Origin: an uncultured Spirochaetia bacterium
GTDB lineage: Bacteria > Spirochaetota > UBA4802 > UBA5368
Assembly (NCBI GenBank): GCA_937877025.1
Contig: CALEGE010000029.1
Span: 13,696-77,695 of the forward strand
Length of the DNA stretch: 64,000 nucleotides
Direction of reading: 5' to 3'
Under the pieces are notes generated by a model. The model was given only the letters and a program-made list of their open reading frames with translations. It was not told where the DNA came from and did not search any database. Shown here piece by piece: positions 63,984-64,000 of this stretch (positions are counted from its first letter, which is position 1; the number at the start of each line of letters is the position of its first letter). Position numbers and translations under genes: made by a program.

Positions 63984-64000
63984 AAAAAAGCGTACTGAAT
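63980..64000 (+). CDS. Start of a downstream CDS (ATGA overlap with the previous stop), truncated by the window end
   Basis: ATGAAAAAAAGCGTACTGAAT begins inside the stop codon of the preceding gene. Confidence 0.3.

Noticed and set aside
1-64000. CRISPR arrays, IS elements, integrases, prophage genes, rRNA
   Set aside because: No direct-repeat/spacer periodicity, no transposase, integrase or phage structural ORFs, and no rRNA-like conserved stretches were seen on reading through. Genes are contiguous housekeeping or accessory chromosomal loci.

Overview
The window is a densely coding chromosomal segment, moderately GC-rich by eye and variable from gene to gene, from a flagellated, chemotactic, probably diderm bacterium. 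I count about 65 CDS on both strands. I found no rRNA, tRNA, CRISPR array, IS element, integrase or phage genes. Because GC is high, many long antisense 'shadow' ORFs appear in the six-frame track; I judged strands by homology and domain logic.

The backbone is housekeeping:
- 1-6.1 kb: a flagellar/chemotaxis cluster (fliA, FapA/DUF342-like, cheR, cheD).
- 5.3-7.2 kb: yicC-remA-gmk-rpoZ.
- 7.2-8.4 kb: miaA-hfq.
- 10.4-14.5 kb: cheW, then larC-larB with an Fe-alcohol-dehydrogenase-family gene, then flgM with a clear sigma-28 promoter and its own terminator.
- 14.5-16.2 kb: rsmI and dus.
- 16.5-22.5 kb: a sugar/amino-lipid module (alpha-oxoamine synthase, DegT aminotransferase, PglF-like dehydratase, GT-A glycosyltransferase).
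- 22.8-28.4 kb: a five-gene operon starting with a GAF/HD-GYP protein.
- The rest: envelope genes (lolCDE, PlsC-like, AmpG, M23/LysM, M48, an OMP), c-di-GMP genes (REC-PAS-GGDEF-HD-GYP, PilZ), rapA, trxB, cspA and others.

The most interesting candidates, all hypotheses from sequence reading only:
1. A translationally coupled operon: GAF/HD-GYP, a secreted 5'-nucleotidase-like protein with degenerate metal ligands, rhodanese, MauE/DoxX-like, and a Na/Pi-type transporter.
2. An unannotated 29-aa lysine/arginine micro-ORF with a strong SD and terminator, resembling ribosomal protein bS22/AURKAIP1, in an hfq-SPFH-microORF-membrane module.
3. A ubiquitin-like/Mut7-C RNase gene next to a B12-binding radical-SAM/TPR protein.
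4. An RsmG-SpoU(TrmH) methyltransferase fusion.
5. larB-larC coupled to an Fe-ADH-family gene with no larA or larE in the window.
6. Two orphan intrinsic terminators in divergent intergenic regions (possible sRNAs or leaders).
7. miaA without any canonical start codon.
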